Positions 8,008 through 16,956 of a DNA stretch of 36,867 nucleotides are shown in pieces. Source of the stretch: a virus (lineage: Duplodnaviria; Caudoviricetes); the IMG/VR virus record IMGVR_UViG_3300042453_000758, positions 1-36,867 of that record; one strand, written 5' to 3'. Position numbers and translations under genes: made by a program. Each line of letters opens with the position of its first letter. Within the stretch, counting starts at the first letter, position 1. The notes below the pieces were generated by a model. It ran no database searches. It was not told the origin of the DNA and was given only the letters and a program-made list of their open reading frames with translations.

Positions 8008-9420
8008 ATGCCTGACTTTGCATCTCTTAGCCGGTTGGGTGGACTTAATGGCGTTCAATATAACGCTGGTTCCGCCTCCGGTAACTACGAAAAGGAAAAC
8101 GCCAATTTCCTTAAAATCTTCTCTGGGGAAGTTCTGACCACCTTCAACCGTGAAACGATCTTCAAAGATCTCACGATGAAGCGCACGATCTCTTCGGGCA
8201 AGAGCGCTAGCTTCCCGATCACTGGTCGTTTCTCCAGCCGCTACCACCGTCCTGGTGACTTCATCACCGGTCAGGGTAACAAAGGCATGATTGGCGAAAA
8301 GATCATCACCATTGATGACCTGCTGATCGCTGATGCTTCGATCTATGACCTCGATGAGGCCAAACTGCACTGGGACGTTCGTTCGATCTACTCGACCGAG
8401 CTTGGCCGCGCTCTGGCTCGTGCTTATGACCAGCGTCTGGTTCGTACCCTGCTGTCTGCTTCTGAGTCTGACGGTCGTGTGAAGGATTGGGATTCCAAGC
8501 GATTCCAACTGAACGGTGGTACTTATTCCTCCGTGAGCACCAACACCATTACTCTGAGCGCTAACTTCCAAACCGCTGAGCTGACCTATTGGGCAGTGGG
8601 TGAGGTTGTGTATGGCGAGACCTCTGGTGCTTATGGTGTGATCACCACTGCTCCTACCAACGGCGCTGCTACTTTCGTTATCAACCCGATTGGTTCGATT
8701 GGTACTGGCTCTAACGCTGGTTTCACTGTGGGTGAGCGTCTGTTCGTTCTGAACTCGATGCCTGGTGGTACGTCCTTCAGCAGCATCAACCTTGACGGCG
8801 CTGCTGACCGTAACGCCCGTGGCGATCTGATTGTGGAGAACCTGTTCAAGGCTTGCCAAGCTCTGGACGAGAAGGATGCTCCTAAGGAAGGCCGTGTGTG
8901 CGTCCTGAGCCCTGGTGCTTACTACGACGTGCTGAACAGCGACCGTGCCATCAACACCGACTTCAACGCTGGTGGTGGTGCTAACGGTGCTATCTACCAG
9001 AACCGTGTTGCTTCTGTGGCTGGCTTCCGCCTGCTGACCAGCAACCACCTGGGTATCAACAGCTATACCGCTAACCAGACCTACGCTGGTCTGAGCAACC
9101 AGTCTGCTGTGACCCGTGGTGAGCGTCCTAACTACATCAACGGTAAGGACGGTTCTGACGGTGCTGCTGCTTCCGGTACTTATGATTACTACCAGGATGA
9201 GCAAGGCAACACCTCCTCCATCGCTAACTGCTTCGGCCTTTGCTTCACCAAGGAAGCTGTGGGTACTGTGGCTCTGAAGGATGTGTCGATGCAGATGACC
9301 GGTTCTGAGTACAAAGCTATGACTCAGAGCACCATGATGGTCGCTAGCTATGCCGTGGGTCACGGTATCCTGCGTCCTGAGTGCTGCGTCAGCCTGCTGT
9401 CTGATGGCAACCCGTATTGA
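8008..9420 (+). CDS. Major capsid protein (T7 gp10-like) with insertions
   Basis: FLKIFSGEVLTTF, RTISSGKSASFP, IITIDDLL, H.DVRS.YS.ELG.ALA..YD and YAVGHGILRPE motifs; strong codon bias. Confidence 0.97.
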   Translation: MPDFASLSRLGGLNGVQYNAGSASGNYEKENANFLKIFSGEVLTTFNRETIFKDLTMKRTISSGKSASFPITGRFSSRYHRPGDFITGQGNKGMIGEKIITIDDLLIADASIYDLDEAKLHWDVRSIYSTELGRALARAYDQRLVRTLLSASESDGRVKDWDSKRFQLNGGTYSSVSTNTITLSANFQTAELTYWAVGEVVYGETSGAYGVITTAPTNGAATFVINPIGSIGTGSNAGFTVGERLFVLNSMPGGTSFSSINLDGAADRNARGDLIVENLFKACQALDEKDAPKEGRVCVLSPGAYYDVLNSDRAINTDFNAGGGANGAIYQNRVASVAGFRLLTSNHLGINSYTANQTYAGLSNQSAVTRGERPNYINGKDGSDGAAASGTYDYYQDEQGNTSSIANCFGLCFTKEAVGTVALKDVSMQMTGSEYKAMTQSTMMVASYAVGHGILRPECCVSLLSDGNPY

Positions 9421-9440
9421 TTAACTAGCTTCTAGTTAAT
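9420..9440. repeat. Perfect 9-bp inverted repeat right after the capsid stop
   Basis: ATTAACTAG-CTT-CTAGTTAAT. Confidence 0.7.
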
Positions 9441-9453
9441 TACCAATACAATG

Positions 9454-9480
9454 AGGGGAGGCAAATGCTTCCCCTTTTTT
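9454..9480 (+). terminator. Intrinsic terminator after capsid gene (T-phi-equivalent position)
   Basis: AGGGGAGGC-AAAT-GCTTCCCCT followed by a T run. Confidence 0.85.
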
Positions 9481-9490
9481 GTTGCAATAA

Positions 9491-10129
9491 ATGGCGACTA
9501 GTAAACTCAGTGCAGTTAACACCCTGCTCGCCATTATTGGTGAAGCACCTATTAACTCTCTCAACCCACCAATAACTGGTGACGCTAGTCTTGCAGAGCG
9601 CACCTTGGATGAGGTTAGCCGTGAGGTTCAAGGCGCTGGGTGGTCTTGGAACACAATGCTGTATGACTCCATTCCTCTGGACGCTTCTACAGGCCAATCC
9701 CAGCTTCCTAGCAACACCTTGGCTGTACGGTTTAATCCGCTGTCGTATCCCTCTCAAAGGTTTGTTCTTCGCGGTCTTCGGCTTTTTGATCGCGTTAAAA
9801 ACACATATGACTTAAGGGGTAGTCTCGGTGTTGCTGTAACTGGTAATACCAGTGATTTGGTTGCTGAGATTGTGGAAGAACTGGAGTGGGACAGCATTCC
9901 TGAGACTGCTCGGAGGTACATTATGATCCGTGCTGGTCGGATGTTTTCTAACCGCGCTGTAACCTCTGCCAGTATTGAGAGCTATACGGCTGATGATGAG
10001 AAGAACGCTTTGCAAATTCTGAAGCGTACTGAAGACATGGCCCAGAACTACAACTTCATCAGTGGTCCTGATGATATGTATGGTGGCCGTGTGATTACTA
10101 CTTTTGGTCCCGACATTCTTGATCGCTGA
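9491..10129 (+). CDS. Tail tubular protein A / adaptor (gp11-like)
   Basis: LSAVNTLLAIIGEAPINSL, VSREVQ..GWSWN and IPETARRYI..RA.R.F motifs. Confidence 0.95.
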   Translation: MATSKLSAVNTLLAIIGEAPINSLNPPITGDASLAERTLDEVSREVQGAGWSWNTMLYDSIPLDASTGQSQLPSNTLAVRFNPLSYPSQRFVLRGLRLFDRVKNTYDLRGSLGVAVTGNTSDLVAEIVEELEWDSIPETARRYIMIRAGRMFSNRAVTSASIESYTADDEKNALQILKRTEDMAQNYNFISGPDDMYGGRVITTFGPDILDR

Positions 10130-13100
10130 TGTCACGAGAACTTTTTAGCCAAATTATTGGTCCCCTTAATAAGGGCGTAAACCAACAAGCCGATAGCTTT
10201 GTGCTTCCTGGTTTTGCCAAAGTTCTTGAAAACGCTAACTGCGATCTTGTTGAAGGTCTTAAAAAGCGTCTTGGTTCTGTGCCTGTAAAGCGTATTGATA
10301 CGCTGACTAAGAACGCTGGAGGATTGACCCTAACCAACCCCATCAAGTGGAATGAGGCCTGGGTCTTCGTCTACAACCGTAGTAGTGACGAGCGATTTAT
10401 TCTCATTGTTGCTGACGACAGCCGTACCGTATCTCGTACTGGGAATATTACTAGTGGTTCTGCTGTGGTAACTTCTGTCAGTTCTATGACAGATTTGTTT
10501 GTCGGAGCTGGTGTAACAGGTAGTGGTGTACCTAGCGGAACCAAAATTGTTGATATTGATACTGCTGGCTCTCGCATCACTCTCAGCAAAAATGCAACTG
10601 CTACAACGACTGGAGTAACGCTGACTATTGAGTCAAGCTACACATTTGTTACTGGCATTTCCAATGTTGAGCCTATCGTTGGCATCCTTCCCTCTGTTGT
10701 GCCAGTTGAGCAAATTTTTGCCAACATTACCTCCACCAATCTTGGTTACCTTCGTGGATCTGGTAGGGCTCGTGATCGGTTTAGGGCTACGTCGTTTCAA
10801 GATTACGTCTTTGTAACTAACGTCCAAAAAGAGACCGCTTACGACGCAACAGAGACGCTAACTAGATACAACGTTAGCAGCATCAGCTCTGTTTATCGTC
10901 CCACCAAAGCTCAGGTATGGGTCAAGCTGGTTGACTATGACACTGAGTATGCAATCACTATTACGTTAGATAACGACGATGTTATCAGGGGTCATTACAT
11001 TAGCCCATCTCTTACTGACAGCGCTGGTGATCCAAACGTTGTTAGTACTGAAACAATTGCTCAAAAATTAGTAAGTGCAACTCAAACCATTACTGGTTCA
11101 CTTTCTATTGGCAGCAGCACCGTTAGCAGCGTTACGGCTACAGACATTGATTCAATTGCCGTTGGTGAAACTGTAAGTGGTACTGGTATTCCTGCAAATA
11201 CTTTTATTGGATCTATAGGTACTACAAGCTTTACCCTTGTTAACGAGGCTGGTACAGCCGTAAACGCTACTGCTAACGGTTCTACAACTTTGACGATTGG
11301 CGATGGTCTTGATCAAGGTGACATTCACAACGAACTGACTTTTACCGTCAAAGATTCTCAAATCCTCATTGGCCTCACAAGCAGCTCTCGTTATTTCAAA
11401 AGCTTTGTAGCTCACGACGCACGAGGCAACACGTTGATGTCTGGCTTTACCAATCAGGTCACCAGCATCACAGAGCTTCCTCCGACCTCTTGGGAAGGTT
11501 ATACGGTCCTTGTGGCTCCTGCTGGGTCTTCAGATCAAAGCTCGTACTACTTAACGTTTAACGCTGAGAACACAACGACTAACGGAACCTTTGGTCGTGG
11601 TGTGTGGGAAGAGGCTGCTGGATGGGCTTCTAGAGGCCTTCTGGATGACAACACAATGCCTCATGCGTTTGTTTATTACCGGAACGCTAACGGTCTTGTA
11701 AGGTTCACGTTCCAGCCCTTTAGCGGTACGACCTACACCGACAGCACTGTTTCCTTTACGCTGCCTGGTTGGGGAAGGCGTTTAGCTGGTGATGAAACTG
11801 AATTACCTGGACCTTCATTTGTTGAGAACACAATCAATGATGTTGTGTTTTTCAAGAACCGTCTTGGGTTTGTCAGTGGTGAAAACGTCATCCTGAGCGA
11901 GTCTGGAGACTATTACAACTTCTGGCAGCAATCAGCTCTTCAAGTTGTCGACAGCGATCCTATTGACCTCACTGCTGTCAGTAACGATGTTGCTGTGTTG
12001 AACTATGCGTTGCAGCAGCAGGACGAACTTGTGCTGTTTTCCAGTGAAAACCAGTTCCGTTTGTACTCAGGCGACAACGTTACGTTTAGTCCTGAGACAG
12101 CTTCTGTGGGTCGTATTAGTTCCATCAGTATGGAGCCAAACGTAAAACCTGAACAAGTTGGTCCTCAAGTGTTGTTCCCAGTTAAAAATGGTGACTTCAC
12201 TGGGTTTCATACGTTTATTACAACTGACCGTACTGTTGGTATCAACCTTGGTCAGACTGCAGTCATTACAGAGACAATTCCCAAATACATCCCTAAAAAC
12301 ATTGATTCCCTTGCTGTGAGCCGTACAGACCAGTATCTGGTTGCTTTAAGCAAAGACGATCCTGATTCGTTGTATGTGTACCAGTTCTTCTGGGAAGCTT
12401 CTGGTGGTTCTTTGACCAACAGACAGAACGCTTGGCATAAATGGACTTTCTCTAATAAGAACATTTATTGGTGCGACTTTGTTGAAGGTACTTTGTTTAA
12501 GTTGGTTAGTTACAACAACAGCGGCACAACTGAGTATTACCTTGAAGGTCTTAACGCAGCTAGACCGCCTCAAGAAAGCAATAATTTGTTCTTACTAGAT
12601 CGTCAGTTATCAAGTTCTATTACCACTGATATTGGGGCTGTTACTTTTAGTTACGACGTTGGTACCAACAAAACCACTGTTAATCTTCCATACCGGACAG
12701 TTAACGTTAGTCAGTTTGCAGTGATCAAATCAGATGCTTCAGATTCCGCAGAATCCGAGAAGCGTTGGGTGGTAGCCAATAATGTCCCTGCTAACGTCAC
12801 TAGCTTTGAGTGCGATAGCCTTGGTGACTTCTCTAGTAGTTCCTGGGTTTTTGGTGAACAATTTACGTTTACTTTTCAACCGCCTCAACTTATGCCGTAT
12901 AGCAGAACAGCGACCGAGAACACTTTTATTGGTAATCGTACTGGTCGTCTTCAGCTGCGATACCTGGATATTTATTACAACGATGCAAGGTACTTTACTG
13001 TTGAAGTGACCCCTAAGCACAGGGATACGGTGACCTATGAGTTTGACCGTAGAGATCCTTTAAACGGAAACATCGTTATTAGCGAGGAAGAACCGTTTGA

Positions 13101-13242
13101 GGAGGCCAAATTTAGGGCTTATATCCAAAGCAAGAATGACCAAGTTACAGTGGAGCTAGTGAACGACAGCATTGACCAGGCTAAGTTCATAGCTCTTGAA
13201 TGGACTGGTCTGTACTTTGATGTAGCGAGGAAGTACGGTTAA
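10129..13242 (+). CDS. Tail tubular protein B / nozzle (gp12-like), enlarged
   Basis: GVNQQAD, GLKKR, TMPH, W..R.AGD...PSFV...INDVVFFKNRLGF.SGENVILS, DSDPID, IPKYIP, QNAWHKW and GRLQLRY motifs. Confidence 0.95.
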   Translation: MSRELFSQIIGPLNKGVNQQADSFVLPGFAKVLENANCDLVEGLKKRLGSVPVKRIDTLTKNAGGLTLTNPIKWNEAWVFVYNRSSDERFILIVADDSRTVSRTGNITSGSAVVTSVSSMTDLFVGAGVTGSGVPSGTKIVDIDTAGSRITLSKNATATTTGVTLTIESSYTFVTGISNVEPIVGILPSVVPVEQIFANITSTNLGYLRGSGRARDRFRATSFQDYVFVTNVQKETAYDATETLTRYNVSSISSVYRPTKAQVWVKLVDYDTEYAITITLDNDDVIRGHYISPSLTDSAGDPNVVSTETIAQKLVSATQTITGSLSIGSSTVSSVTATDIDSIAVGETVSGTGIPANTFIGSIGTTSFTLVNEAGTAVNATANGSTTLTIGDGLDQGDIHNELTFTVKDSQILIGLTSSSRYFKSFVAHDARGNTLMSGFTNQVTSITELPPTSWEGYTVLVAPAGSSDQSSYYLTFNAENTTTNGTFGRGVWEEAAGWASRGLLDDNTMPHAFVYYRNANGLVRFTFQPFSGTTYTDSTVSFTLPGWGRRLAGDETELPGPSFVENTINDVVFFKNRLGFVSGENVILSESGDYYNFWQQSALQVVDSDPIDLTAVSNDVAVLNYALQQQDELVLFSSENQFRLYSGDNVTFSPETASVGRISSISMEPNVKPEQVGPQVLFPVKNGDFTGFHTFITTDRTVGINLGQTAVITETIPKYIPKNIDSLAVSRTDQYLVALSKDDPDSLYVYQFFWEASGGSLTNRQNAWHKWTFSNKNIYWCDFVEGTLFKLVSYNNSGTTEYYLEGLNAARPPQESNNLFLLDRQLSSSITTDIGAVTFSYDVGTNKTTVNLPYRTVNVSQFAVIKSDASDSAESEKRWVVANNVPANVTSFECDSLGDFSSSSWVFGEQFTFTFQPPQLMPYSRTATENTFIGNRTGRLQLRYLDIYYNDARYFTVEVTPKHRDTVTYEFDRRDPLNGNIVISEEEPFEEAKFRAYIQSKNDQVTVELVNDSIDQAKFIALEWTGLYFDVARKYG

Positions 13243-14156
13243 TGGCTTTTAACCCGAACGCATCTGCTCCTCCTAAAGAGCTTCTTGGTGGAGGAGGTAA
13301 AGGCAAGCCAGGTTCTGGGATCTTTGAGCTGCCTTCAATCCTCAGTATTGCCCAGTTTGGTTTGGGTGCTACTGCGGCTATTTTTGATTACCAAGTACAG
13401 CAAGCAGAAACTGATCGTTACAACGCTGCACAGCAAACTGAATACTGGACTCGTTACGCCTCTCAAAGCCGAGAGAACTACCGTAATTATGAATATCAAC
13501 TGAACTCTTGGTATCGAGAATCTGATTACGTTGAAAAGGTTCGCCAGTATGAGCAGCAGCTAGCTGAGCAACAAGCAACATTTAAAGGTGCTGTATCTAC
13601 TTCAGCCACCAAGAACTTTGAACGGCAACTGGCTGACCTTGAGGGTCGGTTTTACGAGGAAGAGGCTAAAGAAACGATTGAGATGGAAAATGTCCGTGCT
13701 CAGTCGATTGCTGCCTCGGCTAAGAAAGTTTCTAGTGGTCAAGTTGGTCGAACTGTTGAAAGGCTGCAAAACCAGTATCAACAGCAATACTTGGCTAACC
13801 TCAGCAACCGTCAAATTACTCGTAATTTCCGAATTGCTGATAAGACACGAGCTGGTGAAGCTCTAAACGTGGCACGAGAAAACGCTGCTAATCAAGTTCA
13901 GTTTTACACTCCTCGCCCTGTTGCTGATCCTGTTAAGCCTTTGGCTCCTCTGCCTATTGAAGCAGTAGAACCTACGCCTGTTATGGGTCCTAGTTCTTCT
14001 GCTTTGGCGTTCAACATCGGCACGGTTGGTATGAACGCTTTCTTGAATTACAAGGCTATGCAGCCTTCTGTACCTAAAGCTGTGACGCCTGCCTCCTCTT
14101 ATTCTGGAGCTAAGCCAGCTATTACGACTGTACCTACCACTGAGGAATCTCAATGA
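13242..14156 (+). CDS. Internal virion protein (gp14-like position)
   Basis: Synteny; helical Q/A-rich protein with hydrophobic Gly/Ala segments; TAATG coupling to the upstream stop. Confidence 0.7.
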   Translation: MAFNPNASAPPKELLGGGGKGKPGSGIFELPSILSIAQFGLGATAAIFDYQVQQAETDRYNAAQQTEYWTRYASQSRENYRNYEYQLNSWYRESDYVEKVRQYEQQLAEQQATFKGAVSTSATKNFERQLADLEGRFYEEEAKETIEMENVRAQSIAASAKKVSSGQVGRTVERLQNQYQQQYLANLSNRQITRNFRIADKTRAGEALNVARENAANQVQFYTPRPVADPVKPLAPLPIEAVEPTPVMGPSSSALAFNIGTVGMNAFLNYKAMQPSVPKAVTPASSYSGAKPAITTVPTTEESQ

Positions 14157-16897
14157 CAAGCAGTTTTGGAATCTCCCCTCAGCGCCAGATTCGTGATCTG
14201 GTAGCTCAGCCTGAGCGTCCTGCTGCTCTTCCAGAACCTGCTGCTCCTAGGAGTCTTCCTCAGCAGCTTGGTGATCAGTTGATGTATGGAGCTACGTTCC
14301 AGAAGAATTACCAAGCTGAACAAGCTATTAAGAGCATCCAAGACTTTTTGGGTAAAGAAGGAGTATTTCAAACTACCTCTGAGATGCTGTTTGAAAACTA
14401 CAAAACAGAGAAGAAGCAACAAGCAGAACGCATCCTTGCCTCTGAAGCCACTGCTTATCGGGACTCTCTTGAAAACGCTGCAGAGACCAAACAACTCAAA
14501 GCCAAGGGTGATGATGATCTTGCTCGCCAGAACCAGCTAAGCAACCCCTGGGTCAACTATTTCTATTACGACAGCAAAGCCACTAACGCTGGTAAAGAAG
14601 TTGCTATTGGTCTTGCCTCTTGGGGTAAGAAGTCTGCAGAACGTCTTGCTGAGCTTCCTGTAGACCAGAGAGCTGCTGCAATGGCTGCTAAAGCTCAAGA
14701 GCTGATGCAACCCTATGCAGACGTTCCTGAGGCTTTTAGGGCTGCCAAGATTGATCCTTTGGTCAGTGCAACCCTGTTTGATCTTAAGAAAGATGTTGTT
14801 AATAAAAGCTATGAGCGCACTGTAAGTACTGACCAGAACACTGCCATCCAGAAATTTTACGGCGGTCTCAAAGTTGGTGCTCAGTTTATGACAGCCTCAC
14901 TTGGGGCTAAAGAAGGCACTGTGCTGGGACAGAAAGGCGTTCAGCAGGGTTACGACGATGCTCGTGCTTACTATGTAGATGTTCGTGGGTACTCAGAGAA
15001 AGAGTTTCATGAGTTGCTGTTTAGGGAAGGTGGTCGCCTGTTTATTGATGTAAACGGCGATAAATACAACGATATTGGCGAGGCATATGGTTTTCGCAAT
15101 ATTGTTTCTTCTTTCTCTGGTATCAAAACCAAAGATGGTCAAAACGTTCTTGATCTGAGAAACGACAAGGGACAAACGTTTAGGGAAGTCCTTGAGGTTG
15201 GTGCTGTTCAAGCTGTTAAGCGTAGTGAAAGCTTTGCAGCCGCTGAAGAACGCACTATTACCCGTGCTCAGCGTAACTGGCGTCGAGATCTGGCTAACGA
15301 ATCTCAAGGGTTCTACAGCCGCTTTAACAATCCCACTGACGATCAGATTGTTGCTCAACGCCAAGCTCTCAAAGCTCGTAACCGTCAGCTAGCTGCTCAA
15401 GGTCTTTTGCCTGAGGGCATGTCGGTTGCTGATGCTGATGAGGTTGTTGATAAAGCTTACCCGTTCCAAAACAAAGACATCAGCCCTGAGCAATCAGCGT
15501 TGCTTGAGCTTGAAGCTAAAGAGCTGATCAACACTGGTACCACTCAAATGCCTGCTGAGCTTCGTGCTCGTGCTGAGGGAACTCCTGTCTTTGGAAAGCT
15601 CGTCACGATGTTTGGTAACGCTGCTATTACGCAAAGCAGTGCTGGTTACAAAGAAGCTCAGGGATCAATTCTTAGAGGTCTGCTTGAAGGCCTCAAAGGT
15701 TCCTTTATGCAGGATCCAGCCATCAAAGCTATGGCGTCTGAAAAAGGTGAGATTCCTAAGCAAAAGAAGAGTTATCTCAACCAAGCCATTATTGAAGCCA
15801 AGACTCGTCTCAAAGCCGAAGGTTCTACTTACATCCGTTCTGAACTGAACAAAGCTGCTGCCCGTGGTGAAAACGTCAACGACCCTGCAGTGCAGCTTGG
15901 AATTCTGGAAAGGGCTAAGAGCTACTTCTTCCAGCGTCCTGAGTACAACGATGTTGACCAGTACTACAACGTCACTGAGTCTGGAAAGCTTGGTGTAAGA
16001 AACACCCGTGGTCCTGCTCTAGGTGCCTCTACAAAGAACGCTCAGGGCCAGTGGGTCATCAACATCAACGATTCTGACAACAGGGCTTCCTGGGCTGCTG
16101 TAGCGGCTCCTGTGTTCCGTAACGATCCCAAGGCTGCTCGTCAGTACCTCAGTGAGCGCTTTGTGTTTAACCAAGCTGAGCTGGGTGAAATCAACGCTGC
16201 TCTTTCTACTGGTGATCTGTCTCGTCTGAGCACCTCAACCCGCAGAAGCCTTGCAAACGTTCAGCGTGGTTTTGGTAATCAGATCACTGCTGCTGAGATC
16301 CTGCAAAAGCAAGCAAATCGTTATTTTGATGGTGCTACGCCTCCTGTGTTTCGTGAAAACGCTTTAAAGATCCAAGGAGCCATCCGGGCTGCTTCTGGTG
16401 GTGGCGGTACAAAGCCTGTGGATGCCAGCATCATCATTACTAACTGGACTCATAGTCACTCTTCTAACCGAGCTGTTGACTTCACCATCCAGCGTCAAAA
16501 CGGTCAGGTGTCCAACCCTGTTCCTGCTCCATTCAGTGGAACCATTGTTAGCTCTGGTTACGAGCGCGGCGGCTTTGGTAACAGCGTGATCATTCGTGCT
16601 GACTCTGATGGCCCTGGATACCGCAAAGGTGATCTGGTGCGTCTTGCGCACCTAGCTACCACTTACTACCAGCCTGGTCAACGTATCCGTCGTGGTATGC
16701 CTATTGGCAAAAGTGGTGATAGTAGTCGCCATGACAGCCGTCCTGGTTACTCAGGTACTGGTGCTGGAGATCCTGGTCACGTTCACATTCAGCTTTACCG
16801 TCCTGGTGGGGCTACTCAGCAATTTCAGTACGGTCAAGAGACTCAAAATACTTTTGTTAGAAAGTCCTATTTGCCTCTGTTTCGTTCTAGCCAATAA
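14153..16897 (+). CDS. Internal virion protein (gp15-like) with C-terminal M23-like peptidase domain
   Basis: Synteny; C-terminus H..AVDF...VPAPFSGTIV...GGFGNSVII...LAHL...GQRIRRG..IGKSG...GHVHIQL matches the M23 fold pattern. Confidence 0.8.
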   Translation: MTSSFGISPQRQIRDLVAQPERPAALPEPAAPRSLPQQLGDQLMYGATFQKNYQAEQAIKSIQDFLGKEGVFQTTSEMLFENYKTEKKQQAERILASEATAYRDSLENAAETKQLKAKGDDDLARQNQLSNPWVNYFYYDSKATNAGKEVAIGLASWGKKSAERLAELPVDQRAAAMAAKAQELMQPYADVPEAFRAAKIDPLVSATLFDLKKDVVNKSYERTVSTDQNTAIQKFYGGLKVGAQFMTASLGAKEGTVLGQKGVQQGYDDARAYYVDVRGYSEKEFHELLFREGGRLFIDVNGDKYNDIGEAYGFRNIVSSFSGIKTKDGQNVLDLRNDKGQTFREVLEVGAVQAVKRSESFAAAEERTITRAQRNWRRDLANESQGFYSRFNNPTDDQIVAQRQALKARNRQLAAQGLLPEGMSVADADEVVDKAYPFQNKDISPEQSALLELEAKELINTGTTQMPAELRARAEGTPVFGKLVTMFGNAAITQSSAGYKEAQGSILRGLLEGLKGSFMQDPAIKAMASEKGEIPKQKKSYLNQAIIEAKTRLKAEGSTYIRSELNKAAARGENVNDPAVQLGILERAKSYFFQRPEYNDVDQYYNVTESGKLGVRNTRGPALGASTKNAQGQWVININDSDNRASWAAVAAPVFRNDPKAARQYLSERFVFNQAELGEINAALSTGDLSRLSTSTRRSLANVQRGFGNQITAAEILQKQANRYFDGATPPVFRENALKIQGAIRAASGGGGTKPVDASIIITNWTHSHSSNRAVDFTIQRQNGQVSNPVPAPFSGTIVSSGYERGGFGNSVIIRADSDGPGYRKGDLVRLAHLATTYYQPGQRIRRGMPIGKSGDSSRHDSRPGYSGTGAGDPGHVHIQLYRPGGATQQFQYGQETQNTFVRKSYLPLFRSSQ

Positions 16898-16920
16898 CAA
16901 TTTCTAGTTGTATCCATTAT

Positions 16921-16956
16921 TTTGGAGGAAGCGCCCTTAATTGCTCTTCCTTCAAA
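16921..16956 (+). promoter_or_regulatory. Stem-loop directly upstream of gp16-like start
   Basis: TTTGGAGGAAG (16921-16931) pairs with CTTCCTTCAAA (16946-16956); the last A is the A of the ATG. Confidence 0.55.

Noticed and set aside
8002-9363. 453-aa minus-strand ORF spanning the capsid gene
   Set aside because: Antisense shadow in codon register with a highly biased gene that avoids TTA/CTA/TCA; the translation shows no recognisable motifs.
9400-9490. T7 10B-like frameshift extension of the capsid
   Set aside because: No slippery run is evident near the stop, and a hairpin and terminator follow immediately.
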